Of a stretch of 35,135 nt of DNA, positions 25,361-34,419 are shown piece after piece. The stretch is taken from positions 1-35,135 of the forward strand of contig DRKE01000031.1 in assembly GCA_011051925.1 (NCBI GenBank), given 5' to 3'. Position numbers and translations under genes: made by a program. This DNA comes from Deltaproteobacteria bacterium (GTDB lineage Bacteria > Myxococcota_A > UBA9160 > UBA4427). Every line of letters starts with the position of its first letter. The first letter of the stretch is position 1. The notes beneath the pieces were generated by a model. That model was not told the origin of the DNA and did not search any database. It saw nothing but the letters and a program-made list of their open reading frames with translations.

Positions 25361-26278
25361 ATGCCCGCCCTGCGAAGACCCCGGGCGATCCGGCCGGGAG
25401 CCCGGATCGCGATCGTCGCTCCGGCGGGGCCCGTCGATCCCGAGGCCCTCGCCGCCGGTCGGACGGCGCTCGAACGACTCGGTTTCGAGACGGTCGCCCG
25501 GCCGGACATCACGGACCGTGACGGCTACCTCGCGGGTTCGGATGCACGGCGTGTGGAAGAGCTGATGACGTTCGTCCGTGACCCCGAGGTCGACGCGATC
25601 GTGTGTGCCCGGGGTGGCTACGGATGCCACCGGATCCTCGAAGCGCTCGATGCCGAGGTCTTCCGCAAGGCGGCCAAGCCCCTCGTCGGGTACAGCGACA
25701 TCACGACCCTGCTCCTCTGGCAACGCAAACGGGCGGGGCTGCTCGGGATCCATGGGCCGATGCTCGAGAAGAAGGACTCGCTCGGGGGCGAAGCGGGCTC
25801 GGCCCTCGTGCGTGCGCTCCAGGGGACGGGGCCGCCTCCGCGGTATCCCGGCCGGCGACTCGCATCGGGATGGGGCGAGGGCCGATTGGTGGGCGGCTCG
25901 CTCACGGTCTGCGTGGCGAGTCTCGGAACGCCCTGGGAGATCGATACGCGCGATGCGATCCTGATGCTCGAAGACGTCACGGAACTGCCCTACCGGATCG
26001 ACCGCATGCTCCAGCAGCTGCGGGCCGCGGGAAAGTTCGATCGCGTGGCGGGCATCGCGCTCGGTGCCTTCACCGATTGCGAGGATGAACGCCACCCGGA
26101 ATGGACGGTCGATCGGCTCTTCGAGGAGGTCTTCGGAGCGCTCGGCGTCCCGGTGGTCGCGGACCTTCCCTTCGGTCATGGTGGCGAGAACCGGCCGTGG
26201 CCCTTCGCGGGTCGTGCGGCGCTCGACGGGGCGCGCGGCGAACTCGAGATATTGGAATCGGCCGTGACGACGCGGTAG
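25361..26278 (+). CDS. ldcA: LD-carboxypeptidase (muramoyltetrapeptide carboxypeptidase, peptidase S66)
   Basis: ATG immediately follows the dnaB TAG. IAIVAPAG, ARGGYGC, nucleophile context VGYSDITTLL, LMLEDV, and FGHG near the C-terminus. Confidence 0.85.
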   Translation: MPALRRPRAIRPGARIAIVAPAGPVDPEALAAGRTALERLGFETVARPDITDRDGYLAGSDARRVEELMTFVRDPEVDAIVCARGGYGCHRILEALDAEVFRKAAKPLVGYSDITTLLLWQRKRAGLLGIHGPMLEKKDSLGGEAGSALVRALQGTGPPPRYPGRRLASGWGEGRLVGGSLTVCVASLGTPWEIDTRDAILMLEDVTELPYRIDRMLQQLRAAGKFDRVAGIALGAFTDCEDERHPEWTVDRLFEEVFGALGVPVVADLPFGHGGENRPWPFAGRAALDGARGELEILESAVTTR

Positions 26279-26386
26279 CGTGCCGGCGGCGAGTCGTCTC
26301 GCCGGGAGCGGGCCCGCCGCCGTGCGATTGCCCGGCCGGATGTCGAAGGAAGGGCCGACGGCGGACCGGATTTCCTGATATCGGGG

Positions 26387-27559
26387 GTGGACAGGGGAAT
26401 GAAACGGAGTCTGATCGAGCGGAAGCTCGGAAAGGTCGAGCGCGCGCTCGACAAGGCCATCGAGAAACAGGAGATTCCCGGGGCCGTCGTCCTGGCGCGC
26501 ATGCCGCGGGAGGGCGAGGTCCTCGAATACGCCTGGGTTCGCGGCCTGGCGGCGGCTCGCCCCGAACGGCTTCCCATGCGCCGCGACACGATCTTCGACC
26601 TCGCCTCCCTTACGAAGCCGATCGCCACGACGACGGCCATCATGCTGCTCGTCGAAGAGGGGTCGATCGCGCTCGACGATCCCGTCGCCAAAAGCCTTCC
26701 GAGTTTCGCCGATCGCGGAAAGGAAGCCGTCACGATCCGACATCTGCTCAGTCATTGCGCGGGGCTGAAGCCCTGGCGCGGCTTCCATGAACTGCTGATC
26801 CAGAAGGAACGCAAGACCGGCGAGCGGTTGCTCGGCACGAAGGAGGGTCGGGACTGGATCCTGGACCGCGTGTTGCGCTCGGGCCTCGTCCACGAACCCG
26901 GCGAGGCGGCGGTCTATGGAGATCTGGATTTCATCGTGCTCGGCGCGCTCGTCGAGGCCGTGGCGCATCAGCCGCTGGACGAATTCTGTGAGTCGCGGAT
27001 CTTCACCCGTCTGGGTCTCGCGGACACGCATTTCTTTCCGCTTCCCGTCGACGGTTCCCAGGCCGTTCCGGATTCGATCCGCCGCAGGGTCGCTGCGACC
27101 GAGAACTGTCCGTGGCGCGAGCGGATTCTCTGGGGCGAGGTTCACGATCCCAACGCCTCCGCCATGGGAGGCGTTGCCGGTCATGCGGGCCTCTTCTCGA
27201 CCGCCGACGACGTGATGAAATTCGCCCGCTTCTTCCTCGACGCCTGGCACGGTCGGAACGACGCGCTGCCGCCGGCGCGCGTGCGGGAATTCTCGGAGCG
27301 CCAGAAGCTGCCGGAATCTTCGGACTGGGCCCTCGGCTGGGACACGCCGACGGCGGGCGCCTCTTCTTCGGGCGAACATTTCTCGCCCCGTTCCGTGGGT
27401 CATCTCGGATTCACGGGAACCTCCCTCTGGATCGATCTCGAGCGGGAGCTGATCGTCGTCATGCTGACGAATCGGGTCCACCAGGTCGCCAAGCGAAGCC
27501 GCTTCGATCTCCGCCCGAAGATCCACGACGCGATCGTCCAGGGCCTCACGGCGGAATGA
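26387..27559 (+). CDS. beta-lactamase-fold serine hydrolase (class C / AmpH-like family)
   Basis: SxxK motif in FDLASLTKPIATT; LLSHCAGL; C-terminal HLGFTGTSLWID motif typical of this family. Start is GTG 26387 or ATG 26399. Confidence 0.8.
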   Translation: MDRGMKRSLIERKLGKVERALDKAIEKQEIPGAVVLARMPREGEVLEYAWVRGLAAARPERLPMRRDTIFDLASLTKPIATTTAIMLLVEEGSIALDDPVAKSLPSFADRGKEAVTIRHLLSHCAGLKPWRGFHELLIQKERKTGERLLGTKEGRDWILDRVLRSGLVHEPGEAAVYGDLDFIVLGALVEAVAHQPLDEFCESRIFTRLGLADTHFFPLPVDGSQAVPDSIRRRVAATENCPWRERILWGEVHDPNASAMGGVAGHAGLFSTADDVMKFARFFLDAWHGRNDALPPARVREFSERQKLPESSDWALGWDTPTAGASSSGEHFSPRSVGHLGFTGTSLWIDLERELIVVMLTNRVHQVAKRSRFDLRPKIHDAIVQGLTAE

Positions 27560-29100
27560 GCGGGAAGAGGGACGTGTCGGATCCGCCGGACGCCTCCCTG
27601 CCGCGGCCTGTGACCGACCCTTCGGCACCGGACCATCACAGGCCCTTCGACGTGGCGGGTCTCCGGCACGTGCATTTCGTCGCCATCGGCGGGACGGGCA
27701 TGGGTTCGCTGGCGGGCCTGTTGAAGGCGCGCGGTCTGCACGTCACCGGCTCCGACAAGAAGCTCTATCCGCCGATGAGTACGGCCCTCGCCGACTGGGG
27801 CATCGAGGTCGTCGAAGGCTTCTCGCCGGCCAACGTCCTCGGGTCGAAGCCCGATCTCGTCGTGATCGGCAACGCCGTCCGCGCCGACAATCCGGAAGCG
27901 GTCGCGGCCATCGAAGCGGGGCTGCCCTATCGGTCCTTCTCGGACGCGCTGTACGAACTCGCGATCGAGGCGTGCCACAGCCTCACGGTCGCCGGAACCC
28001 ATGGCAAGACGACGACGACCAACCTCGCGGCACAGATCCTGCTCGCGACGGGGCGTGATCCCTCGCTTCTCGTCGGGGGCATCTCGCTCGATTTCGCGGG
28101 ATCGTTTCGCGAAGGCGCCGGCGGGATCTTCGTCGTCGAGGGAGACGAATACGACACGGCCTTCTTCGACAAGACGCCCAAATTCCTCCACTACCATCCG
28201 GATACGCTGATCCTGACGTCCGTCGAATTCGACCATGCCGACATCTATCGGGATCTCGACCACGTGAAATCGGCTTTTCGGGAACTCGTGGCATCGATGT
28301 CGCCCTCGGGACGGATCGTGGCGGCGATCGGGCACGACGGAGTCCGGGACGTCGTTTCGGAGGCGCCCTGCGAGGTCCGGGGCTATGGCATCGAAACGGG
28401 AGATCGCCAGGCTTCCTCCGGCTGGTGGGCGCGGGATCTTCGCCCGGGGGCGCCGCGATTGCGTTTTCGTCTGGAGGATCGGGACTCGGGGCGCCGCTTC
28501 GACGTCGAGAGTCCGCTCTACGGGGCCCACAACGTGGAGAATGTCGTCGGTGTTCTCGCGACGCTCGACGCGCTCGGCGTTCCGGTCGAAGAATCGATCG
28601 AGGCGCTTCGTGCGCATCGCGGCGTGAAACGACGTCAGGAGATTCGCGGCGTGGCGGCGGGTGTGACCGTGATCGACGATTTCGCGCACCATCCGACGGC
28701 CGTCGCGGGAACGATCGAGGCGATCGCCCAGAAGCACGGGGGCGCCCGGATCATCGCGCTTCTCGAACCCCGGACCAACACGAGCCGCCGGGCGCTCTTC
28801 CAGGACGCCTATGTCGACGCGCTCCAGGGAGCCGATCGGATCGCGATCGCCGAGGTCGGGGACGATCCGATCTACAGCATCACGGGCGAGGTGACCGAGT
28901 GTCTCTCCGCCTCCGCGGTCGCCGCCGCGCTCCGCGAGCGGGGGCGGGAGGCTCGGGCCTTCTCCGGGATCGACGGGATCGTCGATTGGGTCGTTTCGGG
29001 TCGCCAGCCGGGTGATGTCGTTCTCGTCATGAGCAATGGCGCCTTCGGCGGGATCTGGGAACGGCTTCTCGAGGCCCTGCGTGCCGCCGAAGGAGCATGA
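27556..29100 (+). CDS. mpl: UDP-N-acetylmuramate:L-alanyl-gamma-D-glutamyl-meso-diaminopimelate ligase
   Basis: ATG 27556 overlaps the upstream stop (ATGA). HFVAIGGTGMGSLAGLL, LYPPMST, VAGTHGKTTTT, EGDEYDTAFFDKTPKFLHYHPDTLILTSVEFDHADIY, DDFAHHPTA, VMSNGAFGGI. Colinear with E. coli Mpl as I recall it. The part of the 662-aa track ORF upstream of 27556 is rejected. Confidence 0.9.
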   Translation: MSGKRDVSDPPDASLPRPVTDPSAPDHHRPFDVAGLRHVHFVAIGGTGMGSLAGLLKARGLHVTGSDKKLYPPMSTALADWGIEVVEGFSPANVLGSKPDLVVIGNAVRADNPEAVAAIEAGLPYRSFSDALYELAIEACHSLTVAGTHGKTTTTNLAAQILLATGRDPSLLVGGISLDFAGSFREGAGGIFVVEGDEYDTAFFDKTPKFLHYHPDTLILTSVEFDHADIYRDLDHVKSAFRELVASMSPSGRIVAAIGHDGVRDVVSEAPCEVRGYGIETGDRQASSGWWARDLRPGAPRLRFRLEDRDSGRRFDVESPLYGAHNVENVVGVLATLDALGVPVEESIEALRAHRGVKRRQEIRGVAAGVTVIDDFAHHPTAVAGTIEAIAQKHGGARIIALLEPRTNTSRRALFQDAYVDALQGADRIAIAEVGDDPIYSITGEVTECLSASAVAAALRERGREARAFSGIDGIVDWVVSGRQPGDVVLVMSNGAFGGIWERLLEALRAAEGA

Positions 29101-29202
29101 CCCCGGATCTCTCCAGCCTCGATGAGCTCGTGGGTCTCGCCGCGCCGATCCTTGCACGCCGCGCCCGCCTCGGGGCGCCGGTCGACGAGAAACGGAACGG
29201 GA

Positions 29203-29607
29203 CTAGTCCTGGGACGGATTCCAGAAATCCGCGACGCGATCGGGGTCGATCGGGATGGTCGTGATCTCCTGGATCCGCCGGCTCATGATGTCCGCGATCA
29301 CGAGGAAATCGGCGTCGAGCACGCGATCGCCCAGCTCGGCATGGGTATGGCAGATGATGGCAGCGCGTTCGTCGCTCACCATCACGTCCTCGACCTCGGT
29401 CCGGAGTCCCGTGGCGCCGACCTCGCCGATCTGGGCGAGGTATTCGAAGACGTCGTCCGCACCCTTGAGATCACCCTGCCAGGGACTGTCGCCCTTGATG
29501 TGCCAGACGATGTCGGGTGCCCAGAGGGCTCGAAGGGTCTGCCGGTCGCCTTCATTCGCTGCCTGCAGGCAGTGGTGCACGAGGAGCGAGTTGGGATGTG
29601 GAATCAT
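29203..29607 (-). CDS. NTF2-like / SnoaL-like fold protein (134 aa)
   Basis: ATG 29607 preceded by GGGAGAAGG. MIPHPNSLLVHHCLQAANEGDRQTLRALWAPDIVWHIKGDSPWQGDLKGADDVFEYLAQI... resembles SnoaL/ketosteroid-isomerase-like small proteins. Good GC3. Confidence 0.6.
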   Translation of the reverse strand: MIPHPNSLLVHHCLQAANEGDRQTLRALWAPDIVWHIKGDSPWQGDLKGADDVFEYLAQIGEVGATGLRTEVEDVMVSDERAAIICHTHAELGDRVLDADFLVIADIMSRRIQEITTIPIDPDRVADFWNPSQD

Positions 29608-29698
29608 CACCTTCTCCCGGGTATTCAGGCGCACGGGCAATATAACGCGAAATCAGATCATCGTGTGATGAAAATCGCAAAAACGACGGACGGCGTTA

Positions 29699-30079
29699 GT
29701 GGACCAGCCAGAGATGGAAGAGACGGGATTGGAAGTCCTGCTCGAAGAACTCGAGATGCGTTACGAGTATGATGCGACGGGGCGAATCGCCGGGACGAGA
29801 AACGGTGGGATCCTGCCCCGATTCGTGTTAGGGCGTTCACGTGAAGGCTGCCTATGGCGTTTTCGTGTGGATCTCCCGGCGGAATCACTGAAGGCCATCT
29901 CGAGATTGGCGGGGCGAGAGAAGGGTTTTCCCATCGAAACGGTGGGCTCCCCCCGCCCACCCGAGCGCCTGGTCATGATCGAGCGCCTGTTGTCGCAGAA
30001 TGGTGTCGCAGCGAGGGCTCGCCGGGAAGACGTAACACGAGGAGGTGTCTCTGTCGCCGAGCTCTGGATCATCGATTGA
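29699..30079 (+). CDS. hypothetical protein (126 aa), possibly a truncated remnant
   Basis: GTG 29699 or ATG 29714. Lower GC and less biased third positions than neighbours (tta, cta, ttt, aca, tct, gta codons). The 3' end overlaps the convergent alkaline phosphatase gene by 11 nt. No confident family assignment. Confidence 0.35.
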   Translation: MDQPEMEETGLEVLLEELEMRYEYDATGRIAGTRNGGILPRFVLGRSREGCLWRFRVDLPAESLKAISRLAGREKGFPIETVGSPRPPERLVMIERLLSQNGVAARARREDVTRGGVSVAELWIID

Positions 30080-31703
30080 CCGGGACCTCGCGCTCCGGAT
30101 CGTCGACGGGGTTGCCGTTCCGGGTCCATCCCAGCGCCTCGACCAGGGCGTGATAGATGAAGTTCTGCTCGCGTACGCCGTGGAAGAGTGCGGCGCGCGG
30201 ACCTCCGGCATAGATCGGGACGTCCTCTCCCGCGTGGGTCTCGGCCTGCATCGGCACGGTGACCTCCTGCTTGAAGGACGGCGCCTCCGTATCGACATCC
30301 GTGAGATCGGGGCGCTCGGGATCGCCCGATCCGTTGGCATAGGAAAGCGTCGTGTACGGCTTGCCGTCGGCTGCCAGGGAGAGTCCAGCGTCGTCGTCGG
30401 AAAGCCAATCGAATCCGACCACCTTGCCGAGGATCGGATTGCCCCGCGTCGGGTAGCCCGAGATCGTCAGCGTGTGGCTGTGGTCCGCCGTGACGACGAC
30501 GAGGGTCTCGTCCGGGTCGGTCTTCTCGAGGGCCACGCGAACGGCATCCGAGAGGGCGATCGTCTCCGTGAGGGCGCGGTAGGCGTTGCCCGCATGATGT
30601 GCGTGATCGATCCGGCCCGCCTCGACCATCAGGAAATACCCACGAGGCCCGTCGGCGCTGGAACGGGCGAGAAAGTCGATCGCGAAGGCCGTCATCTCGG
30701 CGAGAGAGGGTTCGCCCGCCGGATCTTCGTTCCGGTCGACCTCGAATTTCATGTGTCCGGGCTCGAAGAGGCCGAGGACGTGACGGGTCTTCTTCGGGTC
30801 GATCGCCCGGAGCTGCCGACGGTTCCAGACATGGGCCGATCCGGGCCGTCCGTCCTGCCATTCCTTCGTCAGGTCGCGACCGTCCTTGCGATGTCCTTCG
30901 CTGCCGAGGCTCTCGGGGTCGCGTATGCCTTCCGGCAGGAAATGGATCCGGCCCCCGCCGAGGGCGACCTCGATGCCGTCGCCGTGGGCGAACTCGATCA
31001 ATTGACGGGCGATGTCCGGAAAGCCCGCCTCCCGGGCCGATGCGGACAGCTTTGAATCGTCCTCCCAGAATCGAATGGGAACGTGGGCATAACAACCGGC
31101 CGGTGTTGCATGGGTGAGCGTCGCGGTCGTGACGATGCCGGTGGCGAGACCCCGGTCCTCGGCTTCTTCCAGGAGGGTCGGGACCCGTGCTCCGGCCACG
31201 CTCGAATCGTCGCCGCGGCGAACCCGCGCATCGACGCCGAGGACGCCCGTTTTCGTCTTCACGCCCGTCATGATCGCCGTCATGGTCGAGGCGGAGTCCG
31301 CGACCTGGGCGTCCGTGTTGTAGGTCTTCGAGAAGGCCACATGGGGGAGATCCTCGAAGGCGAGTCGGTTCTCCTCTCCGGGGTGGCCCTGCCGCTGGCC
31401 CTCGAGAATACGAGCGGCCGTGACCGTCGAGATCCCCATGCCGTCGCCGACGAAGAGGATCACGTTCCGGGCCGGCGCCTCGCCGGCCACGAAGCGGGCG
31501 GAACGGCGGACTTCGGCCCGGCCTGCGGTGAACCACGCGTTCCGCTCCCGCGCGTCCTGGGTGGTCGGGGCCGGGCGGGTCGTGGGCGAAGGTTCCGAAG
31601 GCCTTTCGGCGTTCGAGGGTCGCGCCGTGAGCGTGAGGAGGAGCGCGAGCGAAAGGCGGGCTGCGAGGCGGGCGGACCCGAGGCGTGGACGGTCGAGACG
31701 CAT
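30069..31703 (-). CDS. secreted alkaline phosphatase (PhoA family)
   Basis: N-terminal signal RLAARLSLALLLTLTARPSNA. VILFVGDGMGISTVTAARI; active-site region TDAQVADSASTMTAIMTGVKT; THATPAG; MVEAGRIDHAHH; VVVTADHSH; ETHAGEDVPIYA. GGAGAA SD 5 nt upstream of the ATG. Confidence 0.9.
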   Translation of the reverse strand: MRLDRPRLGSARLAARLSLALLLTLTARPSNAERPSEPSPTTRPAPTTQDARERNAWFTAGRAEVRRSARFVAGEAPARNVILFVGDGMGISTVTAARILEGQRQGHPGEENRLAFEDLPHVAFSKTYNTDAQVADSASTMTAIMTGVKTKTGVLGVDARVRRGDDSSVAGARVPTLLEEAEDRGLATGIVTTATLTHATPAGCYAHVPIRFWEDDSKLSASAREAGFPDIARQLIEFAHGDGIEVALGGGRIHFLPEGIRDPESLGSEGHRKDGRDLTKEWQDGRPGSAHVWNRRQLRAIDPKKTRHVLGLFEPGHMKFEVDRNEDPAGEPSLAEMTAFAIDFLARSSADGPRGYFLMVEAGRIDHAHHAGNAYRALTETIALSDAVRVALEKTDPDETLVVVTADHSHTLTISGYPTRGNPILGKVVGFDWLSDDDAGLSLAADGKPYTTLSYANGSGDPERPDLTDVDTEAPSFKQEVTVPMQAETHAGEDVPIYAGGPRAALFHGVREQNFIYHALVEALGWTRNGNPVDDPEREVPVNR

Positions 31704-31731
31704 GGGTTCTCCGAATCCCTTCGGTGGTCGT

Positions 31732-33546
31732 TCAGACGTCGAGACCGACGGAGCGCATCAGCTCGAGCGCGTTGCTCTTCTCGACGACACCGGGTCTGAG
31801 CTCGTAGTCGAAATGCATGACGCCTCCTTCGAGGTGATCCTCGAAGTGGACGTTCTCGAGGCGCCCCCCGCTTCGGGGCACGATCCCGGTCAAGGCAAGG
31901 TCATGGGTCGTGACGATGCCGAGGGCCCCGTAGTCGAGCAGTCCCTCGATGACGGCTTCCGCGCCGATGCGGCGATCGTGGGAGTTGGTGCCGTGGAGGA
32001 TCTCGTCGAGCAGGAAGAGCGCGGGGGGGCGATCCCGGGCGATCTCGACGACCTGCCGAAGACGCGTGATCTCGGCCATGAAATGGGATTGGCCCTGTTG
32101 GAGCGAATCGACGATCCGGATCGATGCCGCGATGTGCAGGGGCGAGATCCGGAGCCGGGTCGCCCGGACCGGTGCGCCCGCCAACGCCAGGATCGTGTTG
32201 CAGCCGACGGTTCGAAGCATCGTGCTCTTGCCCGACATGTTCGATCCGCTCATGATGAGTGCCTGTGGTCGCCGTCCGAGCCGGAGATCGTTCCGGACGC
32301 ATTGGTCCGAGGGCAGCAGCGGATGCCCGAGGGCTTCGCCGTCGAAGAGCGGCTCGTCCTCGACGATCTCGGGAAGCGGGTGGTCGGGATGCTCGAAGGC
32401 AAAATTCGAGAGTGCCGAAAGCGCTTCGATCTCGCCGGCCGCTTCGACCCAGACCGAAAGGCGGGGGCCACATCGAGCGCGCCACTTCTCGAGGGCGATG
32501 GCCACATGGGTCCCCCAGAGCAGGAGCGCCGCGACGGGCAGGAAGAACTGGTTCGAGCGGGCGTCCCGTCGGTCGACGAGCCGGCGGAGTGCGTCGAGTT
32601 CCGCGGAAGGCGGCCGGCCGGTCGTTTCGAGTTCCCCGCGAAGGCGCACCAGCAGGGGTGCATCGAAGCGTTCCGATTCGATGCATGCGAGCAGGGAAGC
32701 GGTTCTCGCGAGCGATTGGACGGGCGTTTCCGCCGCGGCGAGGACCGGTGTCACGCGGGATCGGAAAACGAGCGCGAAGATCGACTGCGCGAGCAGTGCC
32801 AGCCCGAAGGGAGCGGGGCCGGCGGCCGTGAAGATCCAGAGCGCGAGGCCCGTCAGCGACATCGAAGTCATCAGCACGGCGAAGGGACGGACCCATCCCG
32901 GGAAGACCGTCGTCGGAGCCGAGGCCCAGGCCTCGAGCTTCTCGCGTTGGAGGGAAGAGCCCGCTTCATCGCCCGCGAGTGCCATGTCGAGCCGCAGATC
33001 GAGTCGTGGCTTCAGTTCCACGACGGCCGCCTGGCGCGCTCGGATGGTTTCCGTGTCGGCCGCGTCGAGGAGCCAGCCGGCGAGTCGATCGCTGCCCGCG
33101 GCCGTCCGTGTGGTCGCGATCAGTTCGAAGAGCGATCCGCGACCGAAGACGTCGAGGTCTTCGGCGTAGGGATGGTTCGGGTCCCGGTAGCGCTCGCCCG
33201 GATCGCCGCGCCCGGGCCAGCGGTCTTCGAGGCGCGCGATGCCTTCTTCGTAGAAGGTGCGGATGCGGGACGCGCGTTCCTGCTGTCGGAGGACACGATC
33301 GTGGACGATGATGAGCGCGATGAAGCAGAGCGTGGGGGGGACGAGCCAGCCTGCGCCCAGCGTATGGGTGCCGAAGGTGAACCAGGCGATCGCGCCGAGC
33401 AGGACGAAGCAGGCGAGTCGCGAATTCGAGACCCGGCGCGAACGACGTGCCCAGACCGCCTCATTCGCGGTCGCCTCCTCCAGACCCTTCGAGTAGAGGG
33501 CCCCCGCCGACCGCGCCTCGTTCCTCGCCCCTGCGGAATCCGTCAT
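31732..33546 (-). CDS. MutS-related protein: N-terminal multi-pass membrane region plus C-terminal MutS domain-V ATPase
   Basis: Walker A MSGSNMSGKSTMLR; Walker B LFLLDEILHGTNSHDR; TTHD motif. It has no mismatch-binding N-terminal domain. Instead it has hydrophobic segments LACFVLLGAIAWFTF, WLVPPTLCFIALIIV, FAVLMTSMSLTGLALWIF and FGLALLAQSIFALVF. The ATG overlaps the thiD stop (ATGA). Confidence 0.85.
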   Translation of the reverse strand: MTDSAGARNEARSAGALYSKGLEEATANEAVWARRSRRVSNSRLACFVLLGAIAWFTFGTHTLGAGWLVPPTLCFIALIIVHDRVLRQQERASRIRTFYEEGIARLEDRWPGRGDPGERYRDPNHPYAEDLDVFGRGSLFELIATTRTAAGSDRLAGWLLDAADTETIRARQAAVVELKPRLDLRLDMALAGDEAGSSLQREKLEAWASAPTTVFPGWVRPFAVLMTSMSLTGLALWIFTAAGPAPFGLALLAQSIFALVFRSRVTPVLAAAETPVQSLARTASLLACIESERFDAPLLVRLRGELETTGRPPSAELDALRRLVDRRDARSNQFFLPVAALLLWGTHVAIALEKWRARCGPRLSVWVEAAGEIEALSALSNFAFEHPDHPLPEIVEDEPLFDGEALGHPLLPSDQCVRNDLRLGRRPQALIMSGSNMSGKSTMLRTVGCNTILALAGAPVRATRLRISPLHIAASIRIVDSLQQGQSHFMAEITRLRQVVEIARDRPPALFLLDEILHGTNSHDRRIGAEAVIEGLLDYGALGIVTTHDLALTGIVPRSGGRLENVHFEDHLEGGVMHFDYELRPGVVEKSNALELMRSVGLDV

Positions 33547-34349
33547 CCGAAGGCCAGGATCCGGGCACCATTGGGCAGGTCACGGGCATGTCCGATCGCA
33601 TGGCGGACATAGCGCCGCGCGTCGAGGATCGCCTGGCGCAGGGGACGGCCCAGGGCAAGCCCCGCCGCGATGGCCGCCGAGAGCGCACAGCCCGTGCCGT
33701 GGACCGGGGTGCCGGGCAGGCGCTCTCCCGGGAGCCATTCGGACGTGATCCCAGCGTCCGCATCGCCGCCCGAAGTGCCCGCTGCCCGCATCACGAGCAG
33801 ATCGTCGGCATCGCCTTCGAGATGGCCCCCCTTCAGGAGGACGGCCCCGAGTTCGAGGTCTTCGAGGAGTTCCCGTGCGGCCCGTTCGCCGTCGCGGCGG
33901 CGTGCGAGCGACCCCTTCACGAGGATCTCGGCTTCCGGCCAGTTGGGCGTCAGGAGACAGCGGCGATGGCAGAGATTCCGCAGGGATCCATGGGCGCGCC
34001 TTTCCAGAAGCGGCGTGCCGTCGCTGGCGGCGAGGACCGGATCGATCACGACGCGGGTCCCTCCGATCGGAGCGAGGGCGAGCAACACGTTCCGGACCGA
34101 ATCGTCCGTGGCGAGCATGCCGATCTTGATGGCGGTGGGGCGGATCACGTCGAGGGTCGTTCTCAGCTGTTCGAGCAGCACCGACGGGAAGACCGGGAGC
34201 ATCCGATGGACGCGCAGGCCGTCCTGGATCGTGAGGGCGGTGGGCACCGCCGCGCCGTGGACGCCGAAGGCATGAAAGACCTGGAGATCGGCCTGGAGGC
34301 CGGCTCCCCCCGTCGGATCGGAGCCGGCAATCGAGAGTGCGCTTTGCAT
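33543..34349 (-). CDS. thiD: hydroxymethylpyrimidine/phosphomethylpyrimidine kinase
   Basis: ATG 34349: MQSALSIAGSDPTGGAGLQADLQVFHAFGVHGAAVPTALTIQD..., IKIGMLA, LLTPNWPEAEIL, VLLKGGHL, VHGTGCALSAAIAAGLALG. The part of the 514-aa track ORF upstream of 34349 is rejected. Confidence 0.9.
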   Translation of the reverse strand: MQSALSIAGSDPTGGAGLQADLQVFHAFGVHGAAVPTALTIQDGLRVHRMLPVFPSVLLEQLRTTLDVIRPTAIKIGMLATDDSVRNVLLALAPIGGTRVVIDPVLAASDGTPLLERRAHGSLRNLCHRRCLLTPNWPEAEILVKGSLARRRDGERAARELLEDLELGAVLLKGGHLEGDADDLLVMRAAGTSGGDADAGITSEWLPGERLPGTPVHGTGCALSAAIAAGLALGRPLRQAILDARRYVRHAIGHARDLPNGARILAFG

Positions 34350-34403
34350 GCGATCCGATGGTAAGTTCCCGCCCCGGAGTGCGCATCCCGTGAGACGAAG
34401 AGC

Positions 34404-34419
34404 CGGTCCGATCGGACCG
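34404..34419. repeat. perfect 16-bp palindrome CGGTCCGATCGGACCG in the thiD / NPP divergent intergenic region
   Basis: Read directly; the sequence is its own reverse complement. It lies 55 nt upstream of the thiD ATG and 43 nt upstream of the NPP ATG. Confidence 0.9.

Noticed and set aside
23855-27628. 1257-aa minus-strand ORF, the longest in the track
   Set aside because: It lies exactly antisense to three confidently identified plus-strand genes (dnaB, ldcA, serine hydrolase) and crosses their boundaries. Its product is Arg/Pro/Gly/Asp-rich with no recognisable motifs. Stop-free antisense frames are expected opposite high-GC3 genes.
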